NCBI GenBank assembly: GCA_964352335.1
Contig: CAYGRO010000002.1
Span: forward strand, 77,138 to 141,137
Length of the DNA stretch: 64,000 bases
Direction of reading: 5' to 3'
From: an uncultured Gammaproteobacteria bacterium
Lineage (GTDB): Bacteria; Patescibacteriota; Patescibacteriia; VMEV01; CAYQCH01
Positions 1 through 8,073 of the stretch are shown piece after piece. The notes beneath the pieces were generated by a model that was given only the letters and a program-made list of their open reading frames with translations, did not search any database and was not told the origin of the DNA. Position 1 is the first letter of the stretch, and the number at the start of each line of letters is the position of its first letter. The position numbers and the translations under genes are program-made.

Positions 1-360
1 AAGAGGAATCAACCAATCCGCAAGTAAAAAAACAAAGCCAGATAGAAGAAATAAAGAAATCAATAATAAAAATAAAACCGATTCAGCCAATTTCCAGGCC
101 TCTTCTTTATTTCGTTTTAAATATTCCGAAAAGACTGGAATAAATCCAGCAGAAAGTGCACCTAAAACAAGTAAACTAAAAACAAAATCAGGAATTCTAA
201 ATGCAGCATAATAAATATCTAATGATTCCCCCGCTCCAAATGTTGTCGCAAGTAAACGATCTCTATATACCCCAAGTAACCGACTAAATAAACCAGCAAA
301 ACCTAAAACAACTGCACCTGAGGCAATTGATCGAGAAGCTTGATTAAAAAGTCTATGCAT
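1..360 (-). CDS. murJ: Lipid II flippase MurJ (MviN), N-terminal part; gene continues beyond window start
   Basis: Minus-strand translation from the ATG at 358-360 gives MHRLFNQASRSIASGAVVLGFAGLFSRLLGVYRDRLLATTFGAGESLDIYYAAFRIPDFVFSLLVLGALSAGFIPVF. The RxxLGxxRDxLxAxxFGAGxxxDAFxxAFRIPN pattern is diagnostic of MurJ N-termini. Confidence 0.6.
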   Translation of the reverse strand, partial: MHRLFNQASRSIASGAVVLGFAGLFSRLLGVYRDRLLATTFGAGESLDIYYAAFRIPDFVFSLLVLGALSAGFIPVFSEYLKRNKEEAWKLAESVLFLLLISLFLLSGFVFLLADWLIPL

Positions 361-416
361 CACATTGTTAAAGTCTAAATACTAAAAGCATTTCTTTTGA
401 TTTGGGAGTTGTTTTT

Positions 417-1577
417 TTATCTTTTTTGTAATCGATAAATAATATCTTCTTTATCATCGCTAATCAAAATTGATTCGTCTGATAAAACAAGAATTCCAGC
501 AGGTCTGCCAATAGAATTACCATCTTCTAAAAGGAAACCAGATAAAAGAGATTCACGAACCTGAAAATCGCTTTCAGAAGTTAAACGTATAACCTCATAC
601 CCCGATGGTTCTTTTCTATTCCATGAACCATGTAAAGCAATAATGGCGTCTCCCTCCAAAAAGTCAATCCCTAATGGTGCTTCATGGGCAATGAAATCAT
701 AAAAACTAGGTTCTGCAGATAAACACTCAGTTGATTGATTATATTCTGGGTCAATTATATTTTTCCCATAACAATAAGGAAAACCATAATCTTTTCCTTC
801 TTTGACAAGATTTAATTCATCTGGTGGCAAGTCATCTCCTAACCAATCTCTTCCCATTTCAGTAGCAAATAATTGTCCTTCATCATTCCAGTTAAAAAAC
901 ACAGCATTTCTCAAACCCGTTGCATAGGTCACAAGCTCTTGAGTAGAAAGTGTGTATCTAAGAATAGTTGTTCTTCGTTCATCATCTTCAATACAAATAT
1001 TACAGCTACTTCCAACGGAAATATATAATTCGTCCGTATCAGGAGCGAAAGCGATTGTTCTTGTCCAATGTCTCCCATCTGCAGGCAAATCTAAAATTGT
1101 CCGCGGATTAGTCGCCTTCTGATTTTTATAATCGTATTCAATTACTTGACCAGTTTCCGCAATATACAATTTTGCATCTTTAATAGCCAAACCATGAGGC
1201 CTATTCAAATTATCGACGAGCACTTCTTGTTCCCCTTTTTCATTCAAAAGTGAAACTCTTGATTGACTTGGCTCACTTACAAGTATGGCACCACTTTCAT
1301 CTTCTATCATGACACGAGGATTAATAATAGCGTCAGAATAAATAGATAACCGAAAGTCTGGATGAACAATAAAGGGCCCATTATCTACATCATTTTCATT
1401 ATCTTGGTTTTTCAGATTTTGTATAAATGTTGAAGTATCATTGCCAGAATCGCCTATTACAGGTTTCAGCGCATTCCAATAGGGTTTTAGATAAACCCCC
1501 GTAATAATAGCAATAATAGTAATAATAAGGGCTGTTCCCAACCAAATCGATTTATTTTTCAACATAATAGTAGACAT
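417..1577 (-). CDS. PQQ-dependent sugar dehydrogenase-like beta-propeller protein (soluble aldose/sorbosone dehydrogenase family), N-terminal membrane anchor
   Basis: 386 aa ORF with an N-terminal TM helix. Propeller-like repeats and motifs (NRPHGLA, GRHWTRTIAFAPD, LYISVGSSCN, EMGRDWLGDD) resemble the YliI/SGDH family. Confidence 0.55.
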   Translation of the reverse strand: MSTIMLKNKSIWLGTALIITIIAIITGVYLKPYWNALKPVIGDSGNDTSTFIQNLKNQDNENDVDNGPFIVHPDFRLSIYSDAIINPRVMIEDESGAILVSEPSQSRVSLLNEKGEQEVLVDNLNRPHGLAIKDAKLYIAETGQVIEYDYKNQKATNPRTILDLPADGRHWTRTIAFAPDTDELYISVGSSCNICIEDDERRTTILRYTLSTQELVTYATGLRNAVFFNWNDEGQLFATEMGRDWLGDDLPPDELNLVKEGKDYGFPYCYGKNIIDPEYNQSTECLSAEPSFYDFIAHEAPLGIDFLEGDAIIALHGSWNRKEPSGYEVIRLTSESDFQVRESLLSGFLLEDGNSIGRPAGILVLSDESILISDDKEDIIYRLQKR

Positions 1578-1606
1578 TTGACAATAAGATACTTCTATTG
1601 TACTAT
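1578..1606 (+). promoter_or_regulatory. sigma70-like promoter TTGACA-17-TACTAT
   Basis: TTGACA at 1578-1583, 17-nt spacer, TACTAT at 1601-1606. No ORF follows; the downstream region is GC-enriched and hairpin-rich. Confidence 0.45.
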
Positions 1607-1612
1607 AGATCA

Positions 1613-2085
1613 GTCATACAGAGATATCCACCGTAGGATGTCAATGTACCAACTATGAGGCTGGGTGCTCAGTAGTGGCTCGTAGTCGCTGCTGAGTATA
1701 TAACCCGTCCGAGTCTCGTCGATAATACGAGATACCTACGACGAAATCCTTTCGCGTTAACGGTATGAGTTGATCACTGCTCGATTCAACTCCTCGGACG
1801 GGTCACTACCAGTATCAAACATGGACTTTGTGTCGCTTCGGCTTCCGGAGGGCAAGACCACAGGCTTAAGCAAAAAGTCGCTCGCGTAAGTGAGGGACCA
1901 TGTTCGTAGAACAGCCAAACTCGGTCAAGTCGTCTAGTTCCGCAGTTGCGGCACAAGTCCCCCTTCTTTCCCCCGAGGGGTCATTCGGTAGCTCCCCCCT
2001 TGCTACTGGATGGCCCCTCTTCTTTTTTCAAAATCTTCAATATCACAAAAATCGCTGTCAGATATTTCTGACAGCGATTTTAAAA
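1613..2085 (+). ncRNA. Candidate structured ncRNA 1 (~470 nt), class unknown
   Basis: Bounded by the promoter at 1578-1606 and a strong intrinsic terminator (14-bp perfect stem 2048-2061/2067-2080 followed by TTTTAAAA). GC is enriched relative to flanking genes. Nested helices include 1704-1713 pairing 1793-1802, enclosing hairpins 1714-1732 and 1767-1792, and a UUCG-loop hairpin at 1835-1842. No credible ORF. Confidence 0.4.
2048..2085. terminator. Bidirectional intrinsic terminator
   Basis: Perfect inverted repeat aaatcgctgtcaga/tctgacagcgattt with a 4-nt loop. T-runs follow it on both strands. Confidence 0.6.
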
Positions 2086-2176
2086 CCACCTGATTATTTG
2101 TCAATAAAAATAGTGATAAATAGTGGTTAGATTTTTTGTCAAAAAAAGTTTTCAACATTTTACCCCAAATAACCTC

Positions 2177-2205
2177 TTGACCTAGCTCACTGCCACTGAT
2201 ATTAT
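2177..2205 (+). promoter_or_regulatory. sigma70-like promoter TTGACC-17-TATTAT
   Basis: TTGACC at 2177-2182, 17-nt spacer, TATTAT at 2200-2205. Confidence 0.4.
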
Positions 2206-2211
2206 TCATAG

Positions 2212-3125
2212 CACCAATACAGAGGACTTGTTCTCTGAAGCGGAAAAAATCCTCCCTTGAAATACAGGAAGGTATGTCAGAATCCTTGGTTACTAAGCTG
2301 AGCAATCAGTAAAAGTGAATAAGGAATACTGGGCATTTGCACTTCACCCGCAAGGTGAAATGATCGTTCAAACTCAAGTATGCTCGTTATGCGAGAGCAG
2401 AGGCAAGGCATTGCCTATTCCCTGCTCACGTAGTAGGGATATACTTGAACAAGAACATCAATTCAGTCTCATCGTCTTGGTTCACTCCTCGGCGCTAACA
2501 ACTGAAATACAAATGACTCACCAATTCAGGAAAACTTATTTCGCTCTCGTAGTGAAAATCGTGATCAAGCCTAAGATAAGCAAACTAACTCTTCTGAGCT
2601 AGCGAGCAAATCGATACCGCAAGACCACGAATAGACCAAAGGAACAAGCCAACACTTGCACCTAGATCTAAAAGTCATCTTTCTGAAATACTGATATGGA
2701 CTCGGAGCAGATCAACTTATACGCCCCTAAACAAGGCGGAGTGAACCGAATCACTAGTTGATCTAAGTAAGGCCTTAAAACCTGAATCATTGCTCCACTC
2801 GCGACCCCTTGCTGAATGAACAGCAATCTGGCAACAGAAAAAGGGAAACGAAAAAACGCGCATCCTGAAAACGTACGCATACGGATGTGAGAGCCGACTA
2901 TTCCAAGGAAGCTCAAGGTCCTCGACGACAAATCACCAGCAGATGGTAACATCGTCAAACGTAGAGACTCTGCAATGTGTGACTGCTAGCAGTCATCTCG
3001 ATTCAAACCGAGTACGAAGCTTTTCGGAGCTCTGTAACAAACGGTCAATACGAGGGCATCCATGAAGCCTGGCACGAGAAACGTTCTTCGGAACTAACTT
3101 GTGCCAGGCTTCTCCCATTTCAGAC
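2212..3125 (+). ncRNA. Candidate structured ncRNA 2 (~900 nt), class unknown (ORF-less group II intron-like or other large ncRNA not excluded)
   Basis: GC-enriched and ORF-free; only short overlapping ORFs on both strands. Many stable hairpins: a GCAA-type loop at 2343-2359; a 12-bp stem 3064-3075/3101-3112 enclosing a UUCG hairpin at 3083-3094; catcc/ggatg and ttgctg/cagcaa hairpins around 2800-2910. Promoter at 2177-2205. The terminal hairpin is followed by a T-rich tract. Confidence 0.35.
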
Positions 3126-3132
3126 CTGTTTT

Positions 3133-4614
3133 TCAAAAAATACTTAAATCCGTTAATAACTCTAAAGGTGCTTTATCATCCGTAAATAATTTCACAGAAG
3201 TATCTGTGATTTTTTTGATCGAAAAATAAGGTGGGAATGGCATTTCAGAATCTTCATAGATTTGATTAAGATCATCAAAATCAATTTCAGTATCGCTCGC
3301 AAAAATGAGTGAATTAGATCCTATTTCTGTATGTAATAAATACACATTTGCAAACACCTTATTGGTCGTTGCAATTAATCTCTCTGCTAATTCTGTTTCA
3401 TGTCCTAATGCGATATTGAATGCAAGTATCCCCTCTGGATTCAATCTTGATTGTGCTAATTGAAAAAACTCAATAGTTGCCATATGAAAAGGGATTTGAA
3501 ACTCATTGGCATATGCATCAACCAAAAGTAAATCATAGGTTGAATCTGTGCTTGCTAAAAATTGCCGTCCATCTGCAATAACCGGATTCACATTAAAAAG
3601 ATCTTCATCAAAATAGTTTTTCACTAAATCAAATACAGCTGGATCAATATCTACCCCATCTATTTCGCTTACAAATTGAGCAGCAGGTGTTTCTCTCCAT
3701 ATCCTAGGAATAGTCCCACCAGCAAAGCCTAGTACTGCAGTATTCAGGTTTTCACCACCATGAATAAATGGCAAAATAGCTAGCCAGTCCCAATACCTCC
3801 CCGTCCATGGAGTTCCTTTTTGATGCACAGACTGGACTCCTAAACCTTCATTAAAGATAATACTAAATTTTTCTTCATCCTCAATTAAACGAATTGTTTG
3901 ATACGGTGTCTCTTTTCCAAAAACAATCCCAGGCCCTTTCAATGGATTTGGTTTAAGTCCAAAACCAATAAGAATTAGTAGAAGAATAAGAATAACTTTT
4001 TTCCATCTATTAGATTTTTCTACAACTATTGAGAGCAACATCACAATAAGAGCAACAGAAATAAATGTAATATGAGTCCCAATAATAGGATAAAAAACAA
4101 TTGGCGTTAAAATAGAGCCAATAATACTACCAATAGTCGAAATTGCGAACACTTTCCCAGATATTGTTCCAGGATGATGCCCATCTCTGCCTAAGAGCTC
4201 GATGATAAGCGGACTAACAAAACCATAAAAGATACAAGCTGGCATTAAAACTATAAGCGATGCAGAAAATATCAGAAAAAAAGCTCCCCCAGATGGAATA
4301 TTCCCTCTATAGATTACAGGCAATATATTCCCTATAACATAAACAAAGTATGGGATGAGAAATGTACAAATCGATGCGAAAAAAAATGCATTCGAAAGCT
4401 CTTTTTTAATATCTTCTCTTTTTGAGATAGTCGCTCCAATAAAATACCCTATTGCCAATGCTGCTAAAGTAACACTAATGGCGCTTGTCCAAATAAAAAC
4501 TGAGGCGCCAAAAAACGGAGTCAGTAACCGTGCACCTGCTATTTCTACGATAAGAACACAAGCACCACTTATTCCAGCAATAAAGTAAAAGAATTTGAGC
4601 GAGTTATTTTTCAT
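3133..4614 (-). CDS. Fused polytopic membrane domain / spermidine synthase-like (polyamine aminopropyltransferase fold) protein
   Basis: 493 aa. The N-terminal ~200 aa contain multiple TM helices. The C-terminal part has the spermidine synthase-like signature (LLLVDAYANEFQIPFHMATIEFFQLAQSRLNPEGILAFN). Confidence 0.55.
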   Translation of the reverse strand: MKNNSLKFFYFIAGISGACVLIVEIAGARLLTPFFGASVFIWTSAISVTLAALAIGYFIGATISKREDIKKELSNAFFFASICTFLIPYFVYVIGNILPVIYRGNIPSGGAFFLIFSASLIVLMPACIFYGFVSPLIIELLGRDGHHPGTISGKVFAISTIGSIIGSILTPIVFYPIIGTHITFISVALIVMLLSIVVEKSNRWKKVILILLLILIGFGLKPNPLKGPGIVFGKETPYQTIRLIEDEEKFSIIFNEGLGVQSVHQKGTPWTGRYWDWLAILPFIHGGENLNTAVLGFAGGTIPRIWRETPAAQFVSEIDGVDIDPAVFDLVKNYFDEDLFNVNPVIADGRQFLASTDSTYDLLLVDAYANEFQIPFHMATIEFFQLAQSRLNPEGILAFNIALGHETELAERLIATTNKVFANVYLLHTEIGSNSLIFASDTEIDFDDLNQIYEDSEMPFPPYFSIKKITDTSVKLFTDDKAPLELLTDLSIF

Positions 4615-4653
4615 ATAATAAAAAAGCTAGTGCAGAATCACTAGCTTAATTTT

Positions 4654-4881
4654 TTATTTTGCTAATTCCTGTTTGATTAATTCTGTCAATTCTGCAATAT
4701 GCTCTTCTTTATCTGACACCATTTTTTTCCAAAATGATTCGCTTTCTACTGCTTGAGCGTCATTAATATAATGCTCTTTGATTTTCCATAAACTTTTATG
4801 TTCTTGAACGCATTGATTCATGAGATTATAAAGGTTATTGTCGTACATCATAAATATAGTTTGACGAATTAATAACCTCAT
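4654..4881 (-). CDS. Small hypothetical protein (75 aa)
   Basis: ORF only. A bidirectional hairpin terminator follows at ~4624-4652. Confidence 0.3.
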   Translation of the reverse strand: MRLLIRQTIFMMYDNNLYNLMNQCVQEHKSLWKIKEHYINDAQAVESESFWKKMVSDKEEHIAELTELIKQELAK

Positions 4882-5117
4882 TATAGCATAAAGCTAGCAA
4901 AACAGACTTCAAGAAAGGAAGTGAAGCTTGCTTATCAACCCATTCGATTATCATTTTAGTTTCGACCAAAAAAAAGGTCGTAAACATTTAACCAACAAAA
5001 TACGCGTCAGAGGCTATCCGCTTCGTGCACGTACCCGAGTGGACCAGTTCCAACGGTATATCACGGGCCATAAGCTCGGTCTCTGAGGAACCAAGAGACT
5101 TAGGAGGGAATCCGCCA

Positions 5118-5151
5118 TGTCGTTCACAAACGACATGGCGTTTTTCATTCA
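5118..5151 (+). terminator. Intrinsic terminator on plus strand (possible 3' end of a small RNA)
   Basis: Perfect 11-bp inverted repeat gccatgtcgtt/aacgacatggc followed by GTTTTTC. No plus-strand CDS lies upstream; the upstream ~130 nt are GC-rich. Confidence 0.4.
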
Positions 5152-5205
5152 CAAATGAAAGCAGAGTAGGTTCAGCGCTGGGCTTACTACTACTCTGCGG
5201 GCGAC

Positions 5206-6081
5206 TTACGCCAGAACGGACTTGTGCATCAAGCTGGTTTTCATTTGCTTGAGGATTTTGGCGAGGTTTTCGGCAGTGCCGATCTCCACCCTCTCCTTTG
5301 ACTTGACCGCCGAAAGATCAAGCATTCTGTCAGAAGCATTACCAGGAGCAACACCAATGACCATCTTTCCCGTCTGCTCGCGAATGGTTTTGAGGAAGGT
5401 CACATCGCTCTCTGAGTCACCGAAGACATAGGAGCGCCTCCAGTCAATGGAAGTACCTCGTGAGTCAGCCCACTTAGTGAGCCGACGAAAGGCCCACTCG
5501 GCTGCAAGGTGCTTGCCGTAGCCCTCAGGAGAGATATCAGCAAGATTGCCTTCTTCCCCATGACTCACTTGAACCCGATGGCCACGGTTGAAGGTCTCAA
5601 CCGCCTCGCGAACCCTCTGAGAGAATTCAGGTGCGGCCTTCCCTGAACTAATCCCTGGGTTGACCAGGATGATGTTCACAACCTGATTCCCGCTTTCGAA
5701 TAGCGTGAGATCGTAGCGGCGAAGATGCTGCAGCAATTGCAGGCGATCCACATTGCACCAGAACGAGTCGTGGTACTGTTTATGGACGGTATGGCTATAG
5801 GACTTGAGGTCCACACAGACCGCCCCGGACTCGGCAAAATGCCAATTCCACGCAGAGCGACCGAGGACCGTATGCGCGATGTCATGAACTCGCCCCGCGG
5901 GCTTATTCGTAACGATCACCACGACAAAGTTGTGCTTGTCGTGCAATTCATCGAGCATCAGCCCGATCTGGTTCATGGACGCACGGTCCAATACCCGAGG
6001 CTTTGGCCAAGGGATAGGCTCGATCAACGTGCGATCGAGATCCATGAAAATGACTTTAACTGGTTTCATTTCACTCTTCAC
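5206..6081 (-). CDS. HAD-superfamily hydrolase, subfamily IIB (Cof-like sugar-phosphate phosphatase)
   Basis: Motif I FMDLDRTL, motif IV GDSESD...GVAPGNASD. GC content is distinctly higher than in neighbouring genes; the opposite-strand shadow ORFs are typical of a GC-rich insert. Confidence 0.55.
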   Translation of the reverse strand: MKSEMKPVKVIFMDLDRTLIEPIPWPKPRVLDRASMNQIGLMLDELHDKHNFVVVIVTNKPAGRVHDIAHTVLGRSAWNWHFAESGAVCVDLKSYSHTVHKQYHDSFWCNVDRLQLLQHLRRYDLTLFESGNQVVNIILVNPGISSGKAAPEFSQRVREAVETFNRGHRVQVSHGEEGNLADISPEGYGKHLAAEWAFRRLTKWADSRGTSIDWRRSYVFGDSESDVTFLKTIREQTGKMVIGVAPGNASDRMLDLSAVKSKERVEIGTAENLAKILKQMKTSLMHKSVLA

Positions 6082-6170
6082 GACGATCCCCTCAGGATGT
6101 AGGTATTATAACCGGAAAGCACCGGTCATCATTTTTGACGAGAATCAAAATGATGACAAGTCCTTTATCG

Positions 6171-6995
6171 TTACCAATCCTTCAATGCTTTTTCATAATC
6201 TTCTGGAGAACCTATATCAAACCACTTCCCAGAAAAATGGTAACCATATAATTTTTTTTGTTCAATAAGCTTAGGTAAAATATCTATTTCAAAACTCTTA
6301 TCGTCTTTTCCTATATGAGATAATACTTGTGGATTTACCACAAAGAGTCCGCTATTAATCATATGTGAACTCATATCGGAATCTGTTTTTTCTTTTACTT
6401 GAACAACTTTATTTCCTTCCATTTTTATCATTCCCCAACTATCCGTATCTTGAACCGTTGTAACAGCCATTGTTACATGAGATGACTGTGACTGATGAAA
6501 ATCAATAAAATCAAGCCAATCAATATCAGCAAGGACATCTCCATAGATAAGCAAGAACGGATCATTATCTAACTTTTTTTGAGCAATCTTAATTGCTTGA
6601 GCAGTCCCTGTTTCTTGCGTATCAGAACAGTAATCAATATTGACACCATAATTTTGCCCATCACTAAAAACTTCTTCAACTTTATTCCCTAAATGACCGG
6701 TTACTAATACAATGTCTTTAAAACCAACTTTTGATAATGACTCAATGGTATGAGCCAATAAAGGTTTATCGTGAACAGGTAAAAGGGCTTTTGGTAATTC
6801 ATACGTAAGTGGTCGCAAACTCATCCCTTTACCAGCTACGAGTATCACTACTTTCGTTATACGTGAAACAATATGCTCACTTAAAATACTCTCGATTGCA
6901 TGTGATCGATTTCGAATCGTTTTTTTGTCAACGAGCTTATCAATTTTTTCTAAAATACTACCCGCTAAGGTAATGGTAATTCGTTCTTTTGGCAC
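6171..6995 (-). CDS. Ribbon-helix-helix (CopG-like) domain fused to sugar-phosphate nucleotidyltransferase
   Basis: The N-terminus (ITITLAGSILEKIDKLVDKKTIRNRSHAIESIL) matches the RHH pattern. The remainder (VVILVAGKGMSLRPLTYELPKALLPV ... GDVLADID ... WFDIGSPEDY) matches the NTP_transferase (G1P thymidylyl/guanylyltransferase-like) fold. Confidence 0.55.
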   Translation of the reverse strand: MPKERITITLAGSILEKIDKLVDKKTIRNRSHAIESILSEHIVSRITKVVILVAGKGMSLRPLTYELPKALLPVHDKPLLAHTIESLSKVGFKDIVLVTGHLGNKVEEVFSDGQNYGVNIDYCSDTQETGTAQAIKIAQKKLDNDPFLLIYGDVLADIDWLDFIDFHQSQSSHVTMAVTTVQDTDSWGMIKMEGNKVVQVKEKTDSDMSSHMINSGLFVVNPQVLSHIGKDDKSFEIDILPKLIEQKKLYGYHFSGKWFDIGSPEDYEKALKDW

Positions 6996-7073
6996 AATTC
7001 AACAGATGATTATTTACTCAAATGAGATTATCATACTCTTTCATACTTGTCATAATAGACTATCCACAGCCAC

Positions 7074-8024
7074 TTATTCAACAAGAGTTTCTGCTAAATA
7101 GACTCCATCACCACCCACAATAGGATTAGCTGTAGGCATGATTAAGACATAATCTTTCTCATAAACATGATTCTGACCATTTTCTATTGCAAGCACCTCC
7201 CCCTTAGGAAGCAACTGAAAAGAACTCCAATCTTGTGCCCAAGTAAAATCAGAAAATTTTGGTAATATATTCGCAATAACTTTATATTTTGACATTGTAA
7301 AATCTGTTGTATTTTTTTCAATATAGCCTTCAATTGAATTCATTGCAGCTAAAAACCTTATAGCTGTTTGCTCGGCGCAATACTTACTATTTTCATCAAA
7401 ATGAGAACCACATTCAACGCCAATAGACACTGTTTTTCCTTTTACTCTCCCGTGCGTATTAGAATACGTTGTCAACGTTGTCCCTGGTATAAATTCTAAT
7501 AAGTCATAAATATGTCGATAAAAAAATAATTTATCAGCAATCGCCATGTCCTCTTTTTCATATGAACTTAATAAGAATGGATCTGAAGGCTTACTTGTTG
7601 AGTGTAAATCTAAGGTTGCATCAAATTCAGGAATAATTGAGGCAATTTGCTTTGCTCTTTGGATTTCATAATAAGACTGATATTCAGGATTATTCAAGGA
7701 ATCCTCCTCATAAATTCGATTTAAATTGATATCTAAAAATCTAAATTCTGTATCAGCTACCTTTCTTTTGGAAATTGCTTCTCTATACCCTTGATAAGCT
7801 TTTATATTATGAACAATGAGAAAAATTTTCCCATGAATTTTTCGATTCAAAAGATCATGATCATCTATCAATTTGACTAGTGCATGAAAACCCGCGATTT
7901 CATTTCCATGAGTCACTCCAAAAATAGCCACTGAAGGACCTGGATTACCTTGATCAAGACAAAGAACACCTGGGATAGTTTTATAGGTTGATTCAAATAA
8001 GAGTTGTTCCGTTTTTGTATACAT
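7074..8024 (-). CDS. AstE/AspA-family zinc deacylase (succinylglutamate desuccinylase/aspartoacylase-like)
   Basis: Signature GVTHGNEIAG near the N-terminus; length 316 aa. Confidence 0.5.
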   Translation of the reverse strand: MYTKTEQLLFESTYKTIPGVLCLDQGNPGPSVAIFGVTHGNEIAGFHALVKLIDDHDLLNRKIHGKIFLIVHNIKAYQGYREAISKRKVADTEFRFLDINLNRIYEEDSLNNPEYQSYYEIQRAKQIASIIPEFDATLDLHSTSKPSDPFLLSSYEKEDMAIADKLFFYRHIYDLLEFIPGTTLTTYSNTHGRVKGKTVSIGVECGSHFDENSKYCAEQTAIRFLAAMNSIEGYIEKNTTDFTMSKYKVIANILPKFSDFTWAQDWSSFQLLPKGEVLAIENGQNHVYEKDYVLIMPTANPIVGGDGVYLAETLVE

Positions 8025-8073
8025 AAAATGTTGTCAGGGAGGGGTCAAAAGACCGCCTCCCCGATTACCACCG

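Noticed and set aside
1700-1800. Possible tmRNA (tag-like ACGACGAAA... reading frame, GGACGGG element)
   Set aside because: No T-arm/acceptor (GGTTCGANTCC...CCA) at a 3' end, no tRNA-like domain pairing, and the putative tag does not end in an ALAA-type peptide.
1900-2958. Four short ORFs in the track (1900-2130 +, 2003-2305 -, 2315-2602 +, 2668-2958 -) inside the ORF-poor region
   Set aside because: They overlap each other on opposite strands, one reads straight through a perfect 14-bp terminator hairpin, and their composition is low-complexity with no motifs or RBS. The region is better explained as structured RNA.
1578-3130. RNase P RNA or rRNA fragment as the identity of the GC-rich region
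   Set aside because: A bona fide rnpB with P4 signature sequences is present at 28302-28758. No 16S/23S universal motifs are present here.
5222-6268. Multiple ORFs opposite or overlapping the HAD gene (5222-5431 +, 5676-5885 -, 5725-6102 +, 5930-6268 +) and similarly 8311-8697 +, 9001-9273 +, 9203-9448 -, 9221-9484 + around the ATP-grasp gene
   Set aside because: Typical shadow ORFs produced by high-GC sequence; the long frames with recognisable HAD and ATP-grasp motifs are the real genes.
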